Position numbers and translations under genes: made by a program
Notes under the pieces: model-generated
Databases searched by the model: none
What the model saw: only the letters and a program-made list of their open reading frames with translations
What the model was told of the DNA's origin: nothing
Shown: positions 46,079-54,160 of the stretch, piece by piece
Numbering within the stretch: position 1 is the first letter of the stretch
How the letters are laid out: the number at the start of each line of letters is the position of its first letter
NCBI GenBank assembly: GCA_964415895.1
Contig: CAYQCC010000001.1
Span: 17,934-81,933 of the forward strand
Reading direction: 5' to 3'
Length of the DNA: 64,000 nucleotides
Source: an uncultured Candidatus Saccharibacteria bacterium
Lineage (GTDB): Bacteria; Patescibacteriota; Minisyncoccia; Phycocordibacterales; UBA1006

Positions 46079-46588
46079 TCAACCCTTCTCGTGTGTAGAA
46101 GTTTTACCCCATACGCTAAGAAAATGATTTATGTCTTCATGGATATCTAGGACTACTGTTTTTATAACTGCCTCATCTTTCTCATCACCATCCTCCTTAT
46201 AGAACATGTATGTAACTTTTTTGAAGTTATGAGAAATCTTATATATTAGGAAATTATATTTTACTTTTCCATCAAATACGAGCTCATTCCAATCATGTGC
46301 AAAGGCATTTCTCGGGAGACGAATTCTTTTATTTTTAAAATCGTCTTTTGAAGTTATGGAATAGTAACTTGAAAGTTTTATATACAAAAGCTGAATATTT
46401 AGATCGAGTTGTATTAATTCTCTATTGGCCTGAAATAAATCCATAACAGTGAAATGGTTTAGCATTTCATCTGAAGAGTCTAGGTTATTGCCAGTCAAAC
46501 TAAAAAATAATTCTCTTCCTTCAGAAATAAAGGTAATTAAATTAGCTATTTCTTGCTCAAGTCTTCCTTTGTTATTTCCAGCAATCAT
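46079..46588 (-). CDS. hypothetical protein with HEPN-like RNxxxH motif (PRNAFAHD); downstream partner of a two-gene module
   Basis: 169 aa. RNAFAH matches the R-[NHQ]-x3-H catalytic motif of HEPN RNases. It overlaps the upstream gene by 17 nt, which suggests translational coupling. Confidence 0.45.
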   Translation of the reverse strand: MIAGNNKGRLEQEIANLITFISEGRELFFSLTGNNLDSSDEMLNHFTVMDLFQANRELIQLDLNIQLLYIKLSSYYSITSKDDFKNKRIRLPRNAFAHDWNELVFDGKVKYNFLIYKISHNFKKVTYMFYKEDGDEKDEAVIKTVVLDIHEDINHFLSVWGKTSTHEKG

Positions 46589-47756
46589 ATAATAGTTTTA
46601 ATTTAAAATTGCAATTATTTTCAACGTAAGCAATTAAGGAGTTATTGACCATTAAGTCAAAATAAGAAATCACCGGTAGTAGTTCACTAATAGATATTTT
46701 CTTTCTATCGCGTACTCCTCCTGAAATCGCTTCATAGGCAGAATCATCAAAAGAGTTCATACTTATTAGCATTTGTAGGCCTTCGTGCACATATTTAGAA
46801 CGTGCAACGTATATTCTGTCCACAGTTTTTTTCAGAGGAATGATCTGACTTTCTCCTTTTTCGTTCGTAAACATTGTTTTAGTAAACTCAGCATTTTCTT
46901 TAAGAAGATATTTTTCAAAAAAAGAAACAACTGATTTGAAAGACCCTCTGTTCTCCCACATTGTATTAATTTGACTTAATTTTTCTTTATCCACCAACAC
47001 ATCAATGTATTCAGGAAAATCTTCCTTAAAACTAGACCTACCTTTCTCGATTGACGCTATTCCTTCAATTGCTACAACAAACTTTAGGTAAGCAATATCA
47101 TGATCAATGCCTATATTTTTTAAAGCTTCATGATATTCTCTGAAAGCGTGTATGATATTAAAGTGACCTTTGTCCGGAAGATTCATTACTTTCTGAAAAA
47201 AAGGAACGAGATCACTTGTAAGGTTCTTCTTTTTATCATCAAAAATTGATTTATATTCGCTTACTGTATTTGGTAAAAATATAGGATGAGTTATTTTAGT
47301 TGAGACCCCGGTATTATTTCTACTGACTTGATTTCTTAAATAAAAACGTGCTCTCAGACAAACAGCAAAAATACAAATTAGTTCTCCGGCGAGCCCTTCT
47401 TTAAAATAATAACCATCTTTTCTGGCACTGTCAAAATTATTTAACACTTTTGCACTGTATTCTTCGTTAGTCATTTTCCCTAATAAGGTAGGATTTATTA
47501 TTGTAGGAATCCGTAATAAATATCTATAGTAGCCAAATTCATTTTTCTCAGATTCTATCATTCTAAAAGTAATCGGATGCTTTTCTCCAATTTTAAAAAG
47601 TCCGCAGATTCTAGAATCTGAGAAGTATTCATACTCAGTAGCATAACCGGCAAAAAAGTCATCAGCGGGAACTTCGTATCCCTCTAATTCTTTGACGTAT
47701 GTTATGCACCGCATCCTATTATCAACAATATCTGTTACACTTTCTTTTTCAGTCAT
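46572..47756 (-). CDS. hypothetical 394-aa protein with C-terminal Rx4H motif (RIYVARSKYVHEG); upstream partner of the two-gene module
   Basis: No housekeeping family recognised. R-x4-H is embedded in a predicted helical C-terminal region. It lies next to tRNA-Glu. Confidence 0.45.
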   Translation of the reverse strand: MTEKESVTDIVDNRMRCITYVKELEGYEVPADDFFAGYATEYEYFSDSRICGLFKIGEKHPITFRMIESEKNEFGYYRYLLRIPTIINPTLLGKMTNEEYSAKVLNNFDSARKDGYYFKEGLAGELICIFAVCLRARFYLRNQVSRNNTGVSTKITHPIFLPNTVSEYKSIFDDKKKNLTSDLVPFFQKVMNLPDKGHFNIIHAFREYHEALKNIGIDHDIAYLKFVVAIEGIASIEKGRSSFKEDFPEYIDVLVDKEKLSQINTMWENRGSFKSVVSFFEKYLLKENAEFTKTMFTNEKGESQIIPLKKTVDRIYVARSKYVHEGLQMLISMNSFDDSAYEAISGGVRDRKKISISELLPVISYFDLMVNNSLIAYVENNCNFKLKLLYDCWK

Positions 47757-47784
47757 AAATATTTATTATTATATCATTAAATAC

Positions 47785-47811
47785 AAAAACAGCTCAAATT
47801 GAGCTGTTTTT
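47785..47811. terminator. bidirectional terminator AAAACAGCUC-AAAUU-GAGCUGUUUUU
   Basis: 6-bp perfect stem with A-run and T-run. It lies downstream of tRNA-Glu on the minus strand. Confidence 0.6.
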
Positions 47812-47991
47812 GTATACTTCTCGTGCTAGCACGAGATGTTGGTCACAAGTCACTAAGTAAAATTCTTCGCTACGCTCAAATTGTACTAAGTGCTCGCGAC
47901 CCCGTCTCGCTTGTCCATCATTTCATTCTGGACATAGCTCCGACTTCACACTCGTTCGCACGCAAAGCAGTTTGCGTGCTTTGCACTCGTG

Positions 47992-48063
47992 TGACCCTAC
48001 GGAGAGTCGAACTCCGCTTCCATCCTTGAGAAGGATGTGTCCTAACCGATAGACGATAGGGCC
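47992..48063 (-). tRNA. tRNA-Glu (anticodon CTC)
   Basis: rc reads GGCCCTA-TC-GTCT-ATCGGTTA-GGAC-A-CATCC-TTCTCAA-GGATG-GAAG-CGGAG-TTCGACT-CTCCG-TAGGGTC-A, a cloverleaf with a G2-U71 wobble. No CCA is encoded. A TATAAT box lies about 24 nt upstream at 48087-92 on the minus strand. Confidence 0.75.
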
Positions 48064-48407
48064 AAATTCTGAGAGAAATATGCCAAATTATATTTGAGCA
48101 TATTTCCGAAGAATGCAGGCTCTACAGCAAAATGCTATAGGGCCGAGTTTCGAGCGAAATAGAAAAAGAGGAGCTTGCTCATATTTTTCTATTTCCGAGA
48201 AACGATGTCTCTATCTCGTAAGAGATTGGGACTGGCTTATAGATCTCGTATCAAAAGATAGAGTGATCCAATGGTCATCATTATACAAAAAAAATGTCTT
48301 TTATCAAGAGGGAAAAATCGAAGATTTTTCCCTCTTGTGGTGTAATAAATAATTTTACACAGGTTCATGTTGCAAAAAAGTAATGATGTGCGGTATACTG
48401 GTGATAT

Positions 48408-49100
48408 ATGATTTATTTTAATAATGTTACGAAACACTATAATGATAAAGACCGCTCGATCACAAATGTAGATCTAACAATCAATCAAGGAGAATTTGTC
48501 TCTATTGTTGGGCACAGCGGATCTGGAAAGACAACCTTGATTAAATTGTTGTTGAACGAGGTAAAACCAAATTCAGGAACTGTATTTTTTGAGAATCAGG
48601 ACATTCATAAACTAAAAGGTTCTGCTATTACAACATATCGACGACGGATCGGAGTTGTGTTTCAGGATTTCAGATTGCTGCCTAATAAAACTGCATTTGA
48701 AAACGTTGCTTTTGCAATGGAGGTTGCAGGACGCAGTGACGAAGACATTGTAACTGATGTGCCATATGCATTGGAATTGGTAGGACTTTCAAACAAGGCA
48801 TATGATTTTCCACATGAAATGTCAGGTGGCGAAAAGCAACGACTTGCGATTGCGCGAGCAATTATTAACCAACCCGAAGTGATCATTGCCGACGAGCCAA
48901 CAGGAAATCTTGATCCCGTTGCAACACGTGAAGTTATCGGTATCTTGAAAAAAATTAATGATTTGGGAACAACAGTGATTTTAACGACACACAATACTGA
49001 TGTCGTGAATAATCTTGGTAAGCGAGTAGTGCATTTGGAAAACGGTCGAATTACAAACGATGAAAAAGTGGGAATGTATCCGCATCATCACGCAAAATAA
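48408..49100 (+). CDS. ftsE: cell division ATP-binding protein FtsE
   Basis: ABC ATPase with Walker A GHSGSGKTT and signature LSGGEKQR. Paired with ftsX. Confidence 0.85.
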   Translation: MIYFNNVTKHYNDKDRSITNVDLTINQGEFVSIVGHSGSGKTTLIKLLLNEVKPNSGTVFFENQDIHKLKGSAITTYRRRIGVVFQDFRLLPNKTAFENVAFAMEVAGRSDEDIVTDVPYALELVGLSNKAYDFPHEMSGGEKQRLAIARAIINQPEVIIADEPTGNLDPVATREVIGILKKINDLGTTVILTTHNTDVVNNLGKRVVHLENGRITNDEKVGMYPHHHAK

Positions 49101-49116
49101 TATATCTATCTAATCT

Positions 49117-50049
49117 ATGAGTTTTTCAAGCGACATGAAACGCATTACGCGTTCAGGACTAATTAATTTTTATCGAAACACATTCGTTTCTTTTGCGTCT
49201 GTATTAATGATGACGCTAACATTGATGGTAATCGGTTCTACAATCTTCCTTAATGCAATTCTTTCGTTTACAATTACTAACATTGAACGAAAGGTAGATG
49301 TAAACGTATACTTCTACCCAAATGCGGCAGAGTCACAAATCTTGGAGATGAAAACATCTATCGAACAATTACCGCAGGTTGCAGCAGTATCTTACATATC
49401 ACGTGATGAAGCATTAAAAGCATTCCAAGATCGTCACCAAAATGATTATCTAACACTTCAAGCATTGGATGAACTAGGTACGAATCCATTGGGCGCATCG
49501 TTAAATATTCAAGCAAAGGATTCTGGGCAATATGAATCGATCGCACAATTCCTTAGTGGAGATGACGGAGCTTCAGCAGTAGAAAACAAAGATATTATTG
49601 AAAAGATTAACTACTATCAGAACAAGGAAATTATCGGACGACTGACAAATCTTGCGCATACGGTTCAACGCGTAGGGATTATTCTAACAGTTGTATTTAT
49701 AGGATTGTCTATTATTGTTACATTGAACACAATTCGTATGGCAATCTATGGTGCACGAGAGGAAATCAATGTAATGCGATTAGTAGGTGCCGAAAACAAA
49801 TACATCCAAGGACCATTTATGGTAGAGGGAATTGTATCTGGATTATTTGCAGCTGTCATAACAATTATTGCACTGTTTCCGCTGACGTTATGGATATCTA
49901 AATACACGGTAGATTTCTTTGGCGGATTATCGCTAGTGCGATATTATGGAGACAACTTCTTGCAGCTCTTGCTTATCCTGCTAGTTGTAGGAATCTTGCT
50001 CGGCGCGCTATCAAGTCTATTTGCAATTCGAAGATATTTGAAAAAATAA
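49117..50049 (+). CDS. ftsX: cell division permease FtsX
   Basis: 4-transmembrane FtsX topology with a large periplasmic loop. Lies downstream of ftsE. Confidence 0.8.
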   Translation: MSFSSDMKRITRSGLINFYRNTFVSFASVLMMTLTLMVIGSTIFLNAILSFTITNIERKVDVNVYFYPNAAESQILEMKTSIEQLPQVAAVSYISRDEALKAFQDRHQNDYLTLQALDELGTNPLGASLNIQAKDSGQYESIAQFLSGDDGASAVENKDIIEKINYYQNKEIIGRLTNLAHTVQRVGIILTVVFIGLSIIVTLNTIRMAIYGAREEINVMRLVGAENKYIQGPFMVEGIVSGLFAAVITIIALFPLTLWISKYTVDFFGGLSLVRYYGDNFLQLLLILLVVGILLGALSSLFAIRRYLKK

Positions 50050-50075
50050 AACACCACGACGGTGTTTTATTTTTG
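50048..50075. terminator. bidirectional terminator AAAACACC-ACGAC-GGUGUUUU (same stem sequence as at 20727)
   Basis: Perfect 8-bp stem between convergent genes. Confidence 0.65.
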
Positions 50076-50309
50076 TACTAATTTCATTTTCTCTTCACGA
50101 CTCATCCGTTTTATTTCTGCTTCACGTGCTCGCGCTTCAGCGTAGGTTTCAAACTGTTCTGAATGTTTTAATTCCACTGGTCGGCGAATCTTTGTATAAT
50201 GTGCACCATTCTTTGCGTTATTATGTTGATAAAGACGTTTTTCTAAATCATTGGTAGAGCCTGCGTAAAGCGTCCCATCATTGCATTGTAGTAAGTAAGC
50301 GAAATACAT
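50067..50309 (-). CDS. GIY-YIG nuclease family protein (stand-alone 80-aa domain)
   Basis: YFAYLLQCNDGTLYAGSTNDLEKRLYQHN matches the GIY-YIG pattern. Confidence 0.75.
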   Translation of the reverse strand: MYFAYLLQCNDGTLYAGSTNDLEKRLYQHNNAKNGAHYTKIRRPVELKHSEQFETYAEARAREAEIKRMSREEKMKLVQK

Positions 50310-50319
50310 ATTAATTGAA

Positions 50320-50838
50320 TTATAAGTCTATGACACCAGTCTTTTCAAGAATAAACACAATAATGTAGACTAATGCGATTACAACTCCAAACGCAATCCA
50401 AGGGTTTGGAATAAATGTCATAACACCGATAATTAATAACCAGTACACAACATAGCCAGCCATATTTCCCAAGAAAAGCATTAAAAACGCTCGTTTTAGT
50501 GGAATACGTGCCCACGCTGCTACGAATCCGTTTATGTGCGGAAAGCTAAATATTCCAAGTAAAAAAAGTGCTACATGCTGCTCGCGTTTTGCAACGTAAT
50601 TATGTAAATGATCCACCATGCGATGAATGAATTTCACAATTCGATTGGTGATCATTAACTTTCGCGTATGAATTCCAATAAAATATCCAACAGCAATATC
50701 AATACATGTTGCTACAATAAATAAGATATGAATTAACCAAATTAAATGGTGCGCATTATAGAAATGCAAAAGAACGCCATTTAACATTGCGGACTGTTGT
50801 ACAAACAATGCGATAAGGATAAAGATCCATTTATTCAT
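50320..50838 (-). CDS. polytopic membrane protein, hypothetical
   Basis: Hydrophobicity only. Confidence 0.4.
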   Translation of the reverse strand: MNKWIFILIALFVQQSAMLNGVLLHFYNAHHLIWLIHILFIVATCIDIAVGYFIGIHTRKLMITNRIVKFIHRMVDHLHNYVAKREQHVALFLLGIFSFPHINGFVAAWARIPLKRAFLMLFLGNMAGYVVYWLLIIGVMTFIPNPWIAFGVVIALVYIIVFILEKTGVIDL

Positions 50839-50846
50839 ATACCTTG

Positions 50847-50917
50847 CTGCCAGTCAGGGACTCGAACCCCAATAGTCGGTACCAGAAACCGAAGTCCTAC
50901 CATTAGACGAACTGGCA
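50847..50917 (-). tRNA. tRNA-Gln (anticodon CTG), with U1-A72 and G73
   Basis: rc reads TGCCAGT-TC-GTCT-AATGGTA-GGAC-T-TCGGT-TTCTGGT-ACCGA-CTAT-TGGGG-TTCGAGT-CCCTG-ACTGGCA-G. The U1-A72/G73 identity set is characteristic of tRNA-Gln. The T stem has two G-U pairs. A TATAAT box lies 9 nt upstream at 50926-31 on the minus strand. Confidence 0.7.
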
Positions 50918-50997
50918 ATGAAAGGCATTATAGCTCAAACTTGTTAAAAAATCTAGGTTTCTGTACAAAATCAAATTTATGTGCTATTTTATAACCT

Positions 50998-51759
50998 ATG
51001 AGTAAAGAATTCTATATTTACGGCAAGCACGTAATCGTTGAAACACTACGAACAAAACCCGAGTCACTAAAACGACTTTATATAAAGGAAACTGGTAAAC
51101 AGGCTGCCTATGACGAAATTCGTATTCTTGCAAAACGCGCAGGAGTATTGGTGAGTTCAGCAAGTGAAAAACAAATCACAGGTTGGGTAGGTGATGTAAA
51201 TCATCAGGGAATCCTAGGGTTATCAAAACCATTTGATTATGAAAATCTTGGAAACTTTTTGGAAACCATTAACGAGGATAGCCCATTGCAAACTGTATTG
51301 ATCTTGGACCATATTATGGACGTTGCAAATATTGGTGCGATTATTCGATCTGCTGCAGCAATGTCTATTGACGCCATTATCGTAGCCGAACTTCATCAAG
51401 CACCAATTACCAGTGCTGTATTTAAAACTTCAGCCGGGACTGTTGGACGGATTCCAATCATTCAAATTGGAAACATCAATCAATGTGTTGAAACATTGAA
51501 AAAGAAAAAATTCTGGGTTGTCGGACTATCATCACATGATGAAAAAGGCGAAGCATTGGAACTTTGGAATTACAAGTTTGACTCGCATGCTGCAATTGTA
51601 ATTGGAAACGAAGGTGCAGGTGTCCGAGAAAAAACATTGGAACACTGCGATACACTACTTCGAATCCCTATGACAAATGATGTTGAATCATTAAATGCAT
51701 CGGTAACTGCAGGTATTGTATGTTACGAAGTTATGAAACAGCGGAAAGAAATGAAATAG
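50998..51759 (+). CDS. rlmB: TrmH/SpoU-family rRNA 2'-O-methyltransferase (RlmB-like)
   Basis: N-terminal substrate-binding domain plus SPOUT motifs LILDHIMDVANIGAIIRSA and IVIGNEGAGV. Confidence 0.65.
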   Translation: MSKEFYIYGKHVIVETLRTKPESLKRLYIKETGKQAAYDEIRILAKRAGVLVSSASEKQITGWVGDVNHQGILGLSKPFDYENLGNFLETINEDSPLQTVLILDHIMDVANIGAIIRSAAAMSIDAIIVAELHQAPITSAVFKTSAGTVGRIPIIQIGNINQCVETLKKKKFWVVGLSSHDEKGEALELWNYKFDSHAAIVIGNEGAGVREKTLEHCDTLLRIPMTNDVESLNASVTAGIVCYEVMKQRKEMK

Positions 51760-51820
51760 CCTTAAGAGGGCTTTTTTGATGATTGAAAAACCAGATTATT
51801 ATGGTAGTATTGAAATAACT

Positions 51821-52774
51821 ATGAAAACCTCTAAAAAAATTCTCCTTTCTGGTATAAAACCAACAGGAAAAGCACATATTGGAAACTATTTTGGCGCATT
51901 GAAACAATGGGTGGATCTTCAGAATGAATATGATACATATATTTTTATCCCTACATTTCATGCACTTACTGGCGAGGTAAAAACAGCACAAGAACTAAAA
52001 GAGTTGGAACACGACCTGGTTTTGGATTTACTTGGAATCGGAATTGATCCCAATGTTGTAACGTTATGGAGACAACAAGACGTTCTACAAGTAACAGAAT
52101 TGTCATGGATTTTTTCATGTATCACAACGATGCCGCAATTAATGCGTGCACACGCATTCAAAGATGCTGAAGCAAAGAATAAGGATATTTCCGTGGGATC
52201 GTTTAATTATCCACTGCTAATGGCGGCAGATATTGTTATGTACGATGCAAACAAAGTTCCTGTTGGGCAGGATCAAGCTCAGCATGTGGAAATTGCTCGT
52301 GAAGTTGTTCGAAAATTCCACATTAATTATGGCGATGGAGTATTTACAGAGCCTGAAGCATTGGTGATCTCGTCTGTTGCTGTTGTTCCTGGAATTGATG
52401 GACAAAAAATGTCAAAATCATACAACAATACTATTCCGCTATTTGGTACTGATGAAGAAATTAAAAAAGCAGTCATGAGTATTGTGACTGATTCAAGTGG
52501 AGATCTTCCTGTAAATGTGTTTGCAATTCATAAATTATTCAAGTCAGAATTAGAACTGAAAGATCTTTATGAAGAAAAGAAAGGTAAGTATAAAGACCTA
52601 AAAGAAGCATTACTTGCAGACATTTTAGAATTTGTAACACCTATGCGAAAACGTAGAGAAGAATATGCGAACAATCCAAAGAAAGTCGCAGAAATACTCG
52701 CACAAGGCGCAGAAAAGGCTCGAGCAAAAGCTGTTGAAAAAATGAAATTAGTCCACGAAAGAATTGGATTATAA
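51821..52774 (+). CDS. trpS: tryptophanyl-tRNA synthetase
   Basis: SGIKPTGKAHIGNYFGA (HIGH region), KMSKS and the length (~318 aa). ATG at 51821. Confidence 0.85.
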   Translation: MKTSKKILLSGIKPTGKAHIGNYFGALKQWVDLQNEYDTYIFIPTFHALTGEVKTAQELKELEHDLVLDLLGIGIDPNVVTLWRQQDVLQVTELSWIFSCITTMPQLMRAHAFKDAEAKNKDISVGSFNYPLLMAADIVMYDANKVPVGQDQAQHVEIAREVVRKFHINYGDGVFTEPEALVISSVAVVPGIDGQKMSKSYNNTIPLFGTDEEIKKAVMSIVTDSSGDLPVNVFAIHKLFKSELELKDLYEEKKGKYKDLKEALLADILEFVTPMRKRREEYANNPKKVAEILAQGAEKARAKAVEKMKLVHERIGL

Positions 52775-52775
52775 T

Positions 52776-52802
52776 AAAAAAACCGCAGTGCGGTTTTTTT
52801 AT
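52776..52802. terminator. bidirectional terminator AAAAAAACCGCA-G-UGCGGUUUUUUU
   Basis: Perfect palindrome between trpS and the convergent gene. Confidence 0.7.
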
Positions 52803-53725
52803 TGTTTCTTCATTTGATCAACAACTGCGTTTGGGATTTTCTTGAAATATCCAGGTGTCATTTTTCCTATGGTGAAATCTCCAATTCGAATTCGTACTAG
52901 TCGTGTGACAGTTAGTTTACAAGCGTTTGCCATACGACGAACTTGGTGTTTGCGACCTTCTTGAAGAGTAATGCGATATTCATTACGAGAAACTTTTTCT
53001 GCTAAACAGGGAAGTGTCATTACTTTGTCGAGCATAATTCCAGACTCCATTCGAGATAATAATGCTGGCATAACATCTTCACGAACTGTAACTTGGTATT
53101 CCTTATCAATTTTTGAGTTTTCTCCTGTGACTACTTTTGCAAGTACGCCATCGTTTGAAAGCAAAATTAATCCTTCAGAATCTTTATCGAGTCGTCCAAC
53201 AGGAGCAAGATGTTTGAACTGTGGGAATTTGTCATGAATATCAGTAGCATCAGGAGATGTTTTTGTAGTTTCAATTCCTCGTGGTTTATAAAACAAAAGC
53301 GTTTCTTTTGATTCAAGTACTCCACCGGTAATTTTTACTTTATCTTTTGAAATATCAATACCCATTCCTGGTTCGCGTGCAACTTTTCCATTTACAGTAA
53401 CTAAACGTCTTGTGATTAAATCTTTTGCTTCACGACGTGATGCAATTCCAGATTGTGCCATGTATTTTTCAAGTCGTTCAAGTCCTGGAGCAAGTGTACT
53501 TACAAACGTGGTTCGTTTTCTAACAACTTTGTTTGCTGCGATAGGGGTAGTTGCATAACCACCTTTGGAAGCTGACACCTTTGAAGATCGTGGTTTTTTA
53601 GTAAAGCGGTCAATTGTTTTTTGTCGTGGCGGACTCTTCCGTTTTGATTGAGTCTTCACAAACTTTTTCGGGCCTTGCATCTTTTTCTTGGGAGCTCGGC
53701 CAATGTTTCTTTTTACTGGATTCAT
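52799..53725 (-). CDS. pseudouridine synthase, RsuA/RluB family, with Lys-rich N-terminal extension and S4 domain
   Basis: S4 motif AQSGIASRREAKDLITRRLVTVNGK and catalytic GRLDKDSEGLILLSNDG. Confidence 0.75.
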   Translation of the reverse strand: MNPVKRNIGRAPKKKMQGPKKFVKTQSKRKSPPRQKTIDRFTKKPRSSKVSASKGGYATTPIAANKVVRKRTTFVSTLAPGLERLEKYMAQSGIASRREAKDLITRRLVTVNGKVAREPGMGIDISKDKVKITGGVLESKETLLFYKPRGIETTKTSPDATDIHDKFPQFKHLAPVGRLDKDSEGLILLSNDGVLAKVVTGENSKIDKEYQVTVREDVMPALLSRMESGIMLDKVMTLPCLAEKVSRNEYRITLQEGRKHQVRRMANACKLTVTRLVRIRIGDFTIGKMTPGYFKKIPNAVVDQMKKQ

Positions 53726-53750
53726 AGAAAATATAATACCACATAATTAA

Positions 53751-53785
53751 TAAAAAATCCAGTCTTTTACTTGAAAAGACTGGAT
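53751..53785 (-). terminator. terminator AUCCAGUCUUUU-N5-AAAAGACUGGAU with U-run on the minus strand
   Basis: 12-bp perfect stem. rc(53751-56) supplies UUUUUUA. Confidence 0.6.
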
Positions 53786-53806
53786 CACTGGAAATTTTAT
53801 TACTCA

Positions 53807-54085
53807 TTAGAATAATGAGATAAAAGGAAGGTTTTCTATTTCATTTTGAATTTTTTCAATTTCATGAGAATAACGAATAATATTTTTATCGTTTTCGAGA
53901 AATATCTGCTTCAATACAGGAATGGAATCTGTTGATTCAAATCTTTGAAAGACTATTTGTTCTTGCTGTTCTTGTAGTCTTCCAAGATCTTCTTGGATTT
54001 GTGCTTTTTTAATGAAAGGTGCTGCATAAAAATATAAAATTGTCATGCAGATAATGATTGTTGGAATAAGTAGTATTTTTTTCAT
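53807..54085 (-). CDS. small bitopic membrane protein with coiled coil (FtsB/DivIC-like?)
   Basis: 92 aa, with an N-terminal transmembrane helix and a Q/E-rich heptad region. Tentative. Confidence 0.3.
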   Translation of the reverse strand: MKKILLIPTIIICMTILYFYAAPFIKKAQIQEDLGRLQEQQEQIVFQRFESTDSIPVLKQIFLENDKNIIRYSHEIEKIQNEIENLPFISLF

Positions 54086-54160
54086 TTTTTCTTTTTACCA
54101 TACTTTTTAATTGACCAGTGTCAAGTTTGAATGGAGCAAGCTTCCTGTATAATGGTTGTT

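Noticed and set aside
47799-48029. 76-aa plus-strand ORF
   Set aside because: - It overlaps tRNA-Glu on the opposite strand and the palindromic terminator region.
- There is no coding signal.
50797-50994. 65-aa plus-strand ORF
   Set aside because: - It spans the tRNA-Gln gene on the opposite strand together with its promoter.
- It is spurious.
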